Below are positions 33,770 through 42,125 of a stretch of DNA of 64,000 bases, piece after piece. A program made the position numbers and the translations under genes. Each line of letters starts with the position of its first letter. The first letter of the stretch is position 1. The stretch is from contig DASCPX010000193.1 in NCBI GenBank assembly GCA_036012755.1, positions 12,365 through 76,364 of the forward strand, read 5' to 3'. The DNA comes from Myxococcota bacterium. Its GTDB lineage: Bacteria; Myxococcota_A; UBA796; CAJQPC01. Under the pieces are notes generated by a model. It was not told the DNA's origin, did no database searches, and saw only the letters and a program-made list of their open reading frames with translations.

Positions 33770-35116
33770 TCAGTCGTCGTGCCGTCGTGCCTCCTCGATT
33801 CCCCAGGCGATCGCGGTCAGGCTGCGCTTCGCCTTCGACCCGAAGGTGGCGGCCAGTCGCTCGCCGATGAGGTTGGCGTCCAGCACACCGAGCCTGGTCA
33901 GCGCCCAGGCCATCGCCGCCGTGGCAGCGTTCTTGGCTCCGGCCGTCTTCCGGAAGGGAAGTCTGACAACGGCGGCCCTGATGCCATCTGGCACCTCGAG
34001 GGTCGTATCGACCACGAGCAGGGAGTCCGGGCGCAGGGAGGCCAGGGTTCCGCGCCCGGCGAGCTTCGCGATGCCGTCCACTGAGACCGCGATGACGCAG
34101 TCCGGCGAGACGATGCCCGTGTAGTGGATGGGGTCGGCGGACAGGATGAGCTCCGAGATGGAGTGCCCTGTGCCCTGGGTCACGAGGTTGTCGTTCTTCT
34201 GTGTCGCATACAACCCGGCTTCGACGGCCAGGGTGGCGGTGGTCCTGACCGTGGTCTGGACCCGCTCGCCGGCGGTGCCCGCGATGACGAGGCTGAGCGA
34301 CCCGACCAGATCGTGCTCCGGCGGACTGGCCGCGGACGCAGGTCCGGACTTCGGCGCACCCTGGGCCCTGCCCTGCAGCGCTCGGCGGTAGGTCGTGCGG
34401 TCCGTCCGGTGGGTGCCGATCCCGAGAGGCTCGCCAGTGGCGGCGGCGATCTCGCGCAGCTTCCTCGCGTTCATGGCGTTCCACTTCACGCTGAACGCCG
34501 TGCACAGCTCCAACACCTCGACCACGGCGAAGCCCGGATGCTCGATGGCCTCGAGGATGCGGTCGGGGAGCGCCTTGTCCGTGGCGATCTCCCGTGCCAG
34601 GAAGGTTGCGCCAGCGGCCCGGAGCATGCCGAGGATGTCCATCGGAGGGAGCGGGTTGCCTGCGGGCGTCGTCGGGCTGACCCAGTCGTCCGGAGACAGC
34701 CCGGAGGCCTGGCCCCCCGTCATCCCATACAGATGGTTGTTGTGCAGCACCACCGTGACGTCGACGTTGAGCTGGGCAGCTGCGAGCAGGTGGAGGAGCC
34801 CGATCGTAGCGCCGCCGTCTCCGATCACGACCACTGTCCGGAGTCGGCCGTCGTTGAGCACGCCGTCGGTGACGCTGATCCCGGTCGCGAAGGCGGTCGA
34901 GCGTCCGTGGGTGGTGTGGACCGTGTGGACGCTTGGGAGCAGACGATCGACGAGGCCCACGCAGCCGATGTCGCTCACCACGCAGAGGTCGGTGTGGGGC
35001 AGCCCCGTGCGCTCCAGGGCGGTCGCTAGGGCCCTGGTGATCAGGGTGTGGCCGCAGCCCGCGCAGTAGGGGAACGGCACGGACCCGAGGACGCCGCCCT
35101 TCTCCTCACAGTGCAT
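33770..35116 (-). CDS. 2-oxoacid:ferredoxin oxidoreductase beta (TPP-binding) subunit fused to a gamma domain
   Basis: Beta-subunit blocks: YCAGCGHTLI, SDIGC, VVIGDGGATIGLLHL, VLHNNHLYGMTGGQ. A gamma-like block follows about aa 280: LVIAGTAGERVQT...LYATQKNDNLVTQGTGHSISELILSADPIHY. Confidence 0.8.
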   Translation of the reverse strand: MHCEEKGGVLGSVPFPYCAGCGHTLITRALATALERTGLPHTDLCVVSDIGCVGLVDRLLPSVHTVHTTHGRSTAFATGISVTDGVLNDGRLRTVVVIGDGGATIGLLHLLAAAQLNVDVTVVLHNNHLYGMTGGQASGLSPDDWVSPTTPAGNPLPPMDILGMLRAAGATFLAREIATDKALPDRILEAIEHPGFAVVEVLELCTAFSVKWNAMNARKLREIAAATGEPLGIGTHRTDRTTYRRALQGRAQGAPKSGPASAASPPEHDLVGSLSLVIAGTAGERVQTTVRTTATLAVEAGLYATQKNDNLVTQGTGHSISELILSADPIHYTGIVSPDCVIAVSVDGIAKLAGRGTLASLRPDSLLVVDTTLEVPDGIRAAVVRLPFRKTAGAKNAATAAMAWALTRLGVLDANLIGERLAATFGSKAKRSLTAIAWGIEEARRHDD

Positions 35117-36230
35117 CGACGACCTCCTGTGGCCGGATCATCGCGCCCATCCTGTTGACGCCCACGACGGTCTTGCCCCTGAGCACATCACCGAGGGCCA
35201 TGCGGTACTGACCGCCGAGGTTCTCCTCGACGACCACCACCCGCTCGATGCCCTCGAGGGCTCTGGCCAGGGCAGTCCGCGGCAGGGGGAAGAGGGTCCG
35301 CGCGTTGACCATGGACACCGCGACCCCTCTCGAGCGGGCGATGGCGAGCGCGTCCCGGCAGGCCCGGGCCGACACGCCGTAGGAGATGAGCAGCGTCCGG
35401 GCGCCCGGATCAGGGTCCCAGTCCACCGTGGCCAGCTCGGGCTCCGCGGCGTCGATCTTCCGCTGGAGGTGGCGGAGCACCGAGAGGGTCTCAGGGTCGT
35501 CCTTGCGCAAGCGCCCGGCCTTGTCGTGAGCGGATCCCGTGACCGTCACCGCTGGCGAGGAGCCCACCGGGACGAAGGCGGGCACGTCCTCTTCCCGCAA
35601 GAAGGCGTAGGTGTCGAAGGGGCCGTCTCCGCTCCAACGCGGGCGGTCGAAGTCCGGAACCGACGGAAGCCCGGCCACGTCCACCACCTCCTGCGTGCTC
35701 GAGACCTCCTTGTCGCTGAGCACGACCACGGGGGTCCGGAGGCGCTCGGACCACTCGAAGGCCCTCAGCGTGTCTTCGTAGCACTCCTGCGCGCTGGAGG
35801 GCGCGAAGATGGGGAAGGTGTAGCCACCGCTGGTAGCCATCGACACCAGCCCGATGTCTCCCTGGGCGCCCAGGGTCGCCGCCCCGGTGCAGGGGCCGAG
35901 CCGCTGGACGACGGCGACGACGAGGGGTGTCTCGGTCATCACCGCGTAGCCCACGGACTCGATCATCAGGCACCAGCCCGGACCCGAGGTCGCGGTCATC
36001 GCGCGTGCGCCGGCTATGGAGGCGCCGATGCAGTAGGCGATGGCGGAGATCTCGTCCGGGGCGGACATGCCCACTCCGCCAAGCGCAGGCAGGGCGCGGG
36101 TCATCTCCGCGAAGATCTCCGAAGCGGGCGTGATCGGGTAGCCCGCGAAGAAGCGGCAGCCGGCATCGACGGCGGCACGAGCGGACATCGAGTTGCCGGT
36201 CGTGAAGAGGCGGGCGGGGGTCATCGTCAT
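35106..36230 (-). CDS. 2-oxoacid:ferredoxin oxidoreductase alpha subunit
   Basis: Start ATG at 36230 inside track ORF 35106..36551 (MTMTPARLFTTGNSMSARAAVDAGCRFFAGYPITPASEI). Further block: TATSGPGWCLMIE. There is an 11-nt overlap with the beta-gamma gene. Confidence 0.8.
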   Translation of the reverse strand: MTMTPARLFTTGNSMSARAAVDAGCRFFAGYPITPASEIFAEMTRALPALGGVGMSAPDEISAIAYCIGASIAGARAMTATSGPGWCLMIESVGYAVMTETPLVVAVVQRLGPCTGAATLGAQGDIGLVSMATSGGYTFPIFAPSSAQECYEDTLRAFEWSERLRTPVVVLSDKEVSSTQEVVDVAGLPSVPDFDRPRWSGDGPFDTYAFLREEDVPAFVPVGSSPAVTVTGSAHDKAGRLRKDDPETLSVLRHLQRKIDAAEPELATVDWDPDPGARTLLISYGVSARACRDALAIARSRGVAVSMVNARTLFPLPRTALARALEGIERVVVVEENLGGQYRMALGDVLRGKTVVGVNRMGAMIRPQEVVDAL

Positions 36231-36344
36231 CGCCGGCCGACGTATTCCGTTCCGAGCCGGACGGGGACCACGCCCCTGCCAGATTCTGACCTCCCCCCCT
36301 CCGATTCCCACCTCACGCTCCACCCGTCTCGATAAGAAGCCTGC

Positions 36345-37703
36345 ATGGTCATCGTCCGCTGGAACCGAGGCACCCTGGTCTTGGAGGGAGTCTCCCCCCA
36401 AGCCATGCCCCCGGGCTTCGTGTGGGACGACCGCGTGCGCAGGCCACGGGGAGAGGCCCGGCTCTACCACGACACGGTCCTGGCCCTTCACCGCGCCGGC
36501 ACGCCCTACCGCGACGAGGCCCGGGGCTGGGCGACCCTGGAGCGCCCACACACCACCCCCAAGACGGCGAGGAGCTACCAGTCAGAAGCCTTCGAGGCGT
36601 GGCGGGAGGCCGGGCGTCGCGGCGTCGTGTCCCTCCCCACCGGCTCCGGGAAGAGCTTCGTCGCGGAGCTCTGCATCGCGGACACGAAGCGACCGACCCT
36701 CGTGGTGGCGCCGACCATCGACCTCTGCACCCAGTGGCAGCGGAACCTCGCCGCCGCCTTCGGGGACCCGATCGGCGGCCTCGGCGGCGGCCAGCACGCA
36801 CTCGAGGACATCACCGTGTCGACCTACGACTCGGCCTACATCCACATGGAGCGCTACGGCGACCGCTTCGGCCTGGTGGTCTTCGACGAGGTCCACCACC
36901 TCCCGGCACAGGCATACGCCCAGATCGCAGAGATGATGCTGGCGCCCTACCGCCTGGGGCTCAGCGCCACCGTCGAGCGTCAGGACGGGGCCCACCTCGA
37001 CCTCGCGTCGCTGGTCGGCCCCACGATCTACGAGAAGGGCATCAAGGAGCTCTCAGGCCACGTGCTCGCGGACTACCGGGTACAGCGCGTGACGGTCGAG
37101 ATGGGACCGGACCGGCAGGCGGAGTACGACGAGAACATGGCTCGCTATCGGGGCTTCATCGCCTCGCGCGGGATTCGACTAGGGGGGCGCAACGGCTGGC
37201 AGCGATTCCTCATGGAGGCAGCCCGCAGCAAGCAGGGCCGGGCCGCCCTGCGCTCCCACCGGGAGACCCGGCGGCTCATGCACGCCACCCCCGCCAAGCT
37301 CGACGCCCTCGATCAGATCCTCGAGCAGCACCGGGGACAGCGGGTCATCGTCTTCACCAACGACAACGCCACGGTCTACCGCATCAGCCGGGACTTCCTC
37401 GTCCCCTGCATCACCCACCGCACGGGCACCGACGAGCGGCGGCGGGTGCTGGAGGCCTTCTCCGCCGGCGAGTACACGGTCATAGCGACGAGCCGGGTCC
37501 TCAACGAAGGCGTCGACATCCCCGAAGCCCAGGTTGGCGTGGTGCTCTCGGGCAGCGCCACCGTGCGGGAACACGTCCAGAGACTCGGCCGCATCCTCCG
37601 GCCCTTCGAGGGCAAGGAGGCAGTGCTCTACGAACTGGTCACAGAGGGCACCACAGAGGTCCGTCACTCCGAGCGCAGGAACGAGCACGATGCTTACCGG
37701 TGA
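36345..37703 (+). CDS. xpb: XPB/Ssl2 (ERCC3/Rad25)-type SF2 DNA helicase, short archaeal-like form
   Basis: 452 aa. The N-terminal DRD-like region is MVIVRWNRGTLVLEG...FVWDDRVRRPRGEARLYHDTVLAL. Helicase motifs: Walker A SLPTGSGKSF, VVFDEVHHL, GLSATVERQDG, VIVFTNDN, ATSRVLNEGVDIPEA, VQRLGRILR. Confidence 0.85.
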   Translation: MVIVRWNRGTLVLEGVSPQAMPPGFVWDDRVRRPRGEARLYHDTVLALHRAGTPYRDEARGWATLERPHTTPKTARSYQSEAFEAWREAGRRGVVSLPTGSGKSFVAELCIADTKRPTLVVAPTIDLCTQWQRNLAAAFGDPIGGLGGGQHALEDITVSTYDSAYIHMERYGDRFGLVVFDEVHHLPAQAYAQIAEMMLAPYRLGLSATVERQDGAHLDLASLVGPTIYEKGIKELSGHVLADYRVQRVTVEMGPDRQAEYDENMARYRGFIASRGIRLGGRNGWQRFLMEAARSKQGRAALRSHRETRRLMHATPAKLDALDQILEQHRGQRVIVFTNDNATVYRISRDFLVPCITHRTGTDERRRVLEAFSAGEYTVIATSRVLNEGVDIPEAQVGVVLSGSATVREHVQRLGRILRPFEGKEAVLYELVTEGTTEVRHSERRNEHDAYR

Positions 37704-38877
37704 CCTGGTGCGTGTCCGGAGCACGCGCGAAGGGGTGCGGCCCAGCTTCGTGAAGGTCGAACAACGCACGCTGGAGCGAGCGGAAGAAGTCCTCCAGCTC
37801 TTCCACGAGGGCGTCGAGGAGTCCCGGACCCGCCAGGAGCTCACCGACGGCGTGCTGGAGCTCGTCGGAGACGGCACCGACCACAAGATCTGGCGAGGCA
37901 TGGCCAAGCTGCTCTCCGACAAGGCCGAGTTCGTGACGGAGGCCCCGCTCCCCCCCGTCGAGCTCCGCGCCAGGCTCTTCGGCGAGGTCGGCGCTGGTCC
38001 TTCGAGGGCCAGGGCGATCGAGACCTACGCGCGAGTCGCCGAGGAGCTGGGCTCCACCCCGGCGGTGCTCCGCCGACTGCTCTTCGCGGACCGGAAGGAG
38101 GAGCAGCAGATCCAGGCGCTGCCGGTCGACGACGCGAGCTGGCTCGTGCATCGCTACAACGTCGCCCTCGTCCAGAGCGTCCTGCTCAAGGCCACCAGCC
38201 TCACCGTGACGCTGAAGGCGCCGAAGAGCGAGCGCCTGCGCCAGCTATTCAGAGGCATCGCCTTCCACCGGCTGATGTACAGGGTCCAGCCGATCGCAGA
38301 CGGCGTGCGGTTGGAGCTCGACGGCCCCGCCAGCCTGCTCCGCCTCAACACTCGCTACGGCATGGCCCTGGCGAACTGGTTCCCCGCCCTCCTGCTGCAG
38401 GACGGGGCCTGGGAGCTGGAGGCGGAGGTGCGCTGGACGAGGCGGCGGCTGCGCAAGAAGCTGGTGCTCAGCTCGGAGCAGGGCCTGGTGAGCCACTACC
38501 AGGACAAGGGGGCGTGGCGCTCCCGGACCGAGGAGTGGTTCCTGCAGCGCTTCCAGAGTCTCGACTCCGGCTGGACCATCGAGGACGGCACCGTGCTCGA
38601 TCTCGGTGGCCAGGGTGTGGTCTGCCCCAGCTTCACCTTCCGCAAGGGGCGCCGGCGAGCCCACCTGGAGATCGTCGGCTTCTGGCGCAAGGCCTGGCTG
38701 CAGCGCCGCCTCGAGCTGCTGGAGCGACACGGCCCGGGCACGCTCGTCCTGGCGGTGAGCACCCGGCTGGAGGGCGCCAAGCAGGGCCTCGGCCGGTTCG
38801 CGGGTCAGGTGGTGTCGTTCAAGGAGGTCGTCCCGGCCAAGGACGTGCTCGCCCTCATCGAGGAGATCGCCGTGTGA
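37690..38877 (+). CDS. bax1: Bax1/DUF790-like nuclease (XPB partner)
   Basis: Start ATG at 37690 inside track ORF 37534..38877, overlapping the XPB 3' end by 14 nt. The N-terminus MLTGDLVRVRSTREGVRPSFVKVEQRTLERAEEVLQLF...DHKIWRGMAKLL and the length (395 aa) match my memory of DUF790/Bax1. Confidence 0.7.
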   Translation: MLTGDLVRVRSTREGVRPSFVKVEQRTLERAEEVLQLFHEGVEESRTRQELTDGVLELVGDGTDHKIWRGMAKLLSDKAEFVTEAPLPPVELRARLFGEVGAGPSRARAIETYARVAEELGSTPAVLRRLLFADRKEEQQIQALPVDDASWLVHRYNVALVQSVLLKATSLTVTLKAPKSERLRQLFRGIAFHRLMYRVQPIADGVRLELDGPASLLRLNTRYGMALANWFPALLLQDGAWELEAEVRWTRRRLRKKLVLSSEQGLVSHYQDKGAWRSRTEEWFLQRFQSLDSGWTIEDGTVLDLGGQGVVCPSFTFRKGRRRAHLEIVGFWRKAWLQRRLELLERHGPGTLVLAVSTRLEGAKQGLGRFAGQVVSFKEVVPAKDVLALIEEIAV

Positions 38878-40054
38878 CCAGGACCGCCAGCAGAGCCAGC
38901 AGCCAGCCCGCCGAGATGGGGGTGGTGACACACCCGCCGACGTGCTCTTCGTCGACGTCGGAGAGGTCCTTCGGCTCACGGTCGCCGTCGTCGTCCCCGT
39001 CATCGCCGTCGTCGCCCGGATCCTCGAGACCCGTGTCGTCGACCGGGTCTTCGATCTCGGAGTCGGTGTCCTCTGGGGTCGAGTCGTCCGGGATCTCGTA
39101 GGTCACGCGGAGCCGGAAGGCGTCCACCCAGGCATCGGAGTCCCTGGCGCCGCCGGGGTGGTCGTAGAGCTTCACGGTGGCCTCGACCGCCGAGACATCT
39201 GCCCAGCCCCAGGCGCGCTCGTCGCTCAGATCCAGCGTCGTCCAGCCCGTGGAGGTGCTGCCGAAGACCGTGCTCGCCGATCCGCCGCCGTCGAGCGACA
39301 GGTCCAGCTCGTATGTCCCCGAGTCGTACTGGGTCCTGCTGCGCACACCCAGCTCGACGCCGGTGATCGTGCCCTCGCTGCAGCCGCCGAAGCCCCATGC
39401 CTTGAGGTACTCGCCGGAGTCGACGTTCTCTGAGTGGGCCTCCAGATCATCGGCCTCGCCGGTGGCGTAGGAGGCGCTCGACCAGCCGCTGCCATCGGCC
39501 ACCGTCGCCCACAAGTCGATGCTGTGAGCGCCGACGTCCGTCGAGCAGTCCAGCTCCGGGACCTCGACATCCCCAGGCTCGAGCAGCACGAAGCGGACCG
39601 CGTTGGCCTCGTCGGACTGGTCGTCATCGTCGCCGTCGAGGGTGACGTAGCAGGAGCCGAAGCCCGCGTCGCACTGGACCTCGCCCAGCTCGAGCCAGTC
39701 AGAGGCGCCCTCTCCACGCTGGTCGACGACCACGTGACCCACGCTGCCATCAGCGCTGTAGAGGTAGTGGTCCGCGTCGTAGGTCCGGTTCTCGGTCCGA
39801 CGGAACCACGTGTCGATGCGGTAGGTGCCCGCGGTGGAGATGCTCGGCGTCCAGGTCGCGGTGCCGCGGCGGTCGCTGCCGCCGACGGTGTGCGAGGTGT
39901 AGTGGTAGCTCGAGTCGCCGCCGTCGTAGCCGTAGCCGTTGCTGCTCCAAGTGGTCCAGTCATCGCCGGTCGTGGTGAACCCAGGGGCGCCGTCTTCGTC
40001 GTCGATGACGACGGTCTCCGCGTTCGCGAACGCAAGACACAGGGGCAGGAGCAC
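38855..40054 (-). CDS. secreted beta-sandwich protein with MYXO-CTERM-like sorting tag
   Basis: The C-terminus HVGGCVTTPISAGWLLALLAVLVTRRSPR has the layout invariant Cys + hydrophobic helix + basic tail. An acidic linker precedes it (DDTGLEDPGDDGDDGDDDGD). The N-terminal domain (ATWTPSISTAGTYRIDTWFRRTENRTYDADHYLYSADG) resembles golvesin-C-terminal-like domains. The start is uncertain: GTG 40054 gives MLLPLCLAFANA, and the track ATG at 40195 is the alternative. Confidence 0.65.
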   Translation of the reverse strand: MLLPLCLAFANAETVVIDDEDGAPGFTTTGDDWTTWSSNGYGYDGGDSSYHYTSHTVGGSDRRGTATWTPSISTAGTYRIDTWFRRTENRTYDADHYLYSADGSVGHVVVDQRGEGASDWLELGEVQCDAGFGSCYVTLDGDDDDQSDEANAVRFVLLEPGDVEVPELDCSTDVGAHSIDLWATVADGSGWSSASYATGEADDLEAHSENVDSGEYLKAWGFGGCSEGTITGVELGVRSRTQYDSGTYELDLSLDGGGSASTVFGSTSTGWTTLDLSDERAWGWADVSAVEATVKLYDHPGGARDSDAWVDAFRLRVTYEIPDDSTPEDTDSEIEDPVDDTGLEDPGDDGDDGDDDGDREPKDLSDVDEEHVGGCVTTPISAGWLLALLAVLVTRRSPR

Positions 40055-40107
40055 GTCTCCTCCGCCGGTGCCGGCGAGGAACCCTACCAGAGGACCCCAC
40101 CCCGAGA

Positions 40108-41238
40108 TTGCCGATTCCGTGTCAGGACTTGCCGCTGGCTCCCGGCGGCACCAAATCTGCACGAACGGCGAGCACCTCGCGCGGTCGATCTCCACCGGAG
40201 ATCACCATACATGCACTCATCCTGTCCCTGCTCGCCGTGCTGCTGTGCTGCGGAACCCCGTCCCCGACAGCGCTCAGCGAGCCGAAGGAGCCCGTGAACA
40301 CTGCACAGATCGACGATCGTCTCGTCATCCCCACCGTCATCCAGCACGGCGGCTTCGCCGTCTTCCCCATCGTCGACACGAAGGCCACCAAGCGCCCCAA
40401 GGGCAAGTACCTGACCCTGGACGAGGCCCTCCAGACCGAGATCCTCGAAGTCAAAGAGGTCGACGAGTCCGGCAGCGTGCCGACGCTCCTGGTCCACAAC
40501 AAGGGCAAGCACCCGGTACTCCTCTTCGTAGGTGACGTGGTCACCGGCGGAAAACAGGACCGCGTGATCACAGAAGACCTCGTCCTGGAGCCCACGGAAG
40601 AGCCCGTCAGCGTCGCCGTCAACTGTGTGGAACAGGGTCGCTGGAGCGGCGCCACCGGCATCCATTTCGGCTACGGCGGAAAGGCCGAAGCCGACCTGAT
40701 TCGCGCGCTGGGAGAAAAGAACCAAGGCACCACCTGGTCGAAGGTCGCCGAGCTCAACGCCCAGAAGGCCGTCGCGACCGGGGCGCCGGGACTCGCACCC
40801 GCCAGCGGGACCTACCGGGCCAGCCTCGAGAACGAGGCGGTCGACGAGCAGATCACGGCCGCGCGAAAGGTCATCGACACCGAGCTCGACGAGATCGACG
40901 GAGTGGTCGGCCTGGTGCTCGCTCTCGACGGCGAGGTCGACAGCGCCGAGCTCTACGCCCACCCGAACCTCTTCGACAAGGCGCAGGTCGGCCTGGTCGA
41001 CTCCTACGCCCGAGAGGCCCTGGGGCGCGATCTCTTCGAGAAGCGCACCAATCCCCCCACCGCCACAGAAGCCGCCACCTTCGTACGAGAGGCCCGCGAA
41101 GCCAAGGTCGTCGAGGAAGAGGCCAAGGCCTCATCCGTCTCACGCAGGCTGGACTCGCTGGAGTCAGAGGCCTTCGTGCTCTCTGCCGACGACGGCACGG
41201 TGGTGCGCGAGCGCATGCACAAGAAGAAGAAGAAGTGA
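40108..41238 (+). CDS. DUF6569/ARPP-1-like lipoprotein-type hypothetical protein
   Basis: Hydrophobic segment plus Cys: ALILSLLAVLLCCG. The block FPIV....KYLTLDEALQTEILEVKEVDESGSVPTLLVHNKGKHPVLLFVGDVVTGGKQDRV......VNCVEQGRWSG fits my memory of the DUF6569 pattern. It ends in HKKKKK (AAG x5). The start is uncertain. Confidence 0.6.
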   Translation: MPIPCQDLPLAPGGTKSARTASTSRGRSPPEITIHALILSLLAVLLCCGTPSPTALSEPKEPVNTAQIDDRLVIPTVIQHGGFAVFPIVDTKATKRPKGKYLTLDEALQTEILEVKEVDESGSVPTLLVHNKGKHPVLLFVGDVVTGGKQDRVITEDLVLEPTEEPVSVAVNCVEQGRWSGATGIHFGYGGKAEADLIRALGEKNQGTTWSKVAELNAQKAVATGAPGLAPASGTYRASLENEAVDEQITAARKVIDTELDEIDGVVGLVLALDGEVDSAELYAHPNLFDKAQVGLVDSYAREALGRDLFEKRTNPPTATEAATFVREAREAKVVEEEAKASSVSRRLDSLESEAFVLSADDGTVVRERMHKKKKK

Positions 41239-42125
41239 AGCGCGGGCGTTGGGCGCTCGCTGCCGCGTTCATGCTCATGCTCGTGCCCAACGTCGCCGCG
41301 GCCCTGCACGCCCGCGCGACGCTGACCTTCGTCGAGGAGGGCGAGCGCACGCAAAACCCAGAGAACCTCGGCTCGTTGGAGGTCCTCGCGACGCTCTTGA
41401 CCGGGGTTCGCGTCCCCAAGCCGACCTCGGCCGAACCCACCGGCAAAATCGGCGAGCTCGCGATCACGGAGGCGCTGCCTGGCTAGACTGCCGAGGGCGT
41501 GGTGCTGCTGTTCCACGGCTACTCGGCCAGCCGAGACCAGGTCGAGCCCGTCGCGGCCGTCTTTCGCCAGCTCGGATGGGCGACGATCACGGTGGACTTC
41601 CGCGGCCACGGCCACTCCCCGGGCAACACCACGACCCTGGGCTGGCGCGAGGCAGAGGACGTCCGAGCGGTCTTCGAGGCCCAGGACGCCCGACCCATCG
41701 GGCTCTACGGCTTTTCGATGGGCGCCGCAGCGATGCACCGAGCGGCCCAGGACCTGGAGGGAGTCGACTTCCTGGTGAGCGAGGCCTGCTTCGGGCGCAT
41801 GGAGGACACGGTGCGCGTCCGCTTCGACGCGATGGGGCTGCCGTCGAGCCCGGGCACGGAGCTCCTCCTCTTCTGGGGCGGCGTCCTCGCCGACATCGAC
41901 GCCGGAGCGCACAACCCGGTCGAGTACGCCGCGAACGTGCAGGCCCCGCTGCTCGTCGTGCAAGGGGACGAGGACCTCCGCGTCACGCTGGAGACAGCCC
42001 GCGCGCTGGGTGGTGAGCTCGTCGTGCTCGAGGGGGTCGGACACGAGCTCGGGGCCGTGGCCGCTCCGGAGCGCTTCCGCGCTGGCCTCGATGGGTTCCT
42101 CCAGGAGCGCCTCGGCGAGCGCTGA
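41235..42125 (+). pseudogene. membrane-anchored alpha/beta hydrolase split by an in-frame TAG at 41484..41486
   Basis: Track ORFs 41235..41486 and 41499..42125 are in the same frame: ...ITEALPG*TAEGVVLLFHGYSASRDQ. The N-terminal piece carries the anchor (MKRGRWALAAAFMLMLVPNVAAAL). The C-terminal piece carries LLFHGY, the GFSMGAA nucleophile elbow, QGDEDL and GVGHE. The start forms a GTGA overlap with the upstream gene. Confidence 0.65.

Noticed and set aside
41484-41486. The in-frame TAG as pyrrolysine or programmed read-through.
   Set aside because: There are no pyl genes and no recognisable read-through context in the window. A simple nonsense mutation or a base-call error is the more economical explanation.
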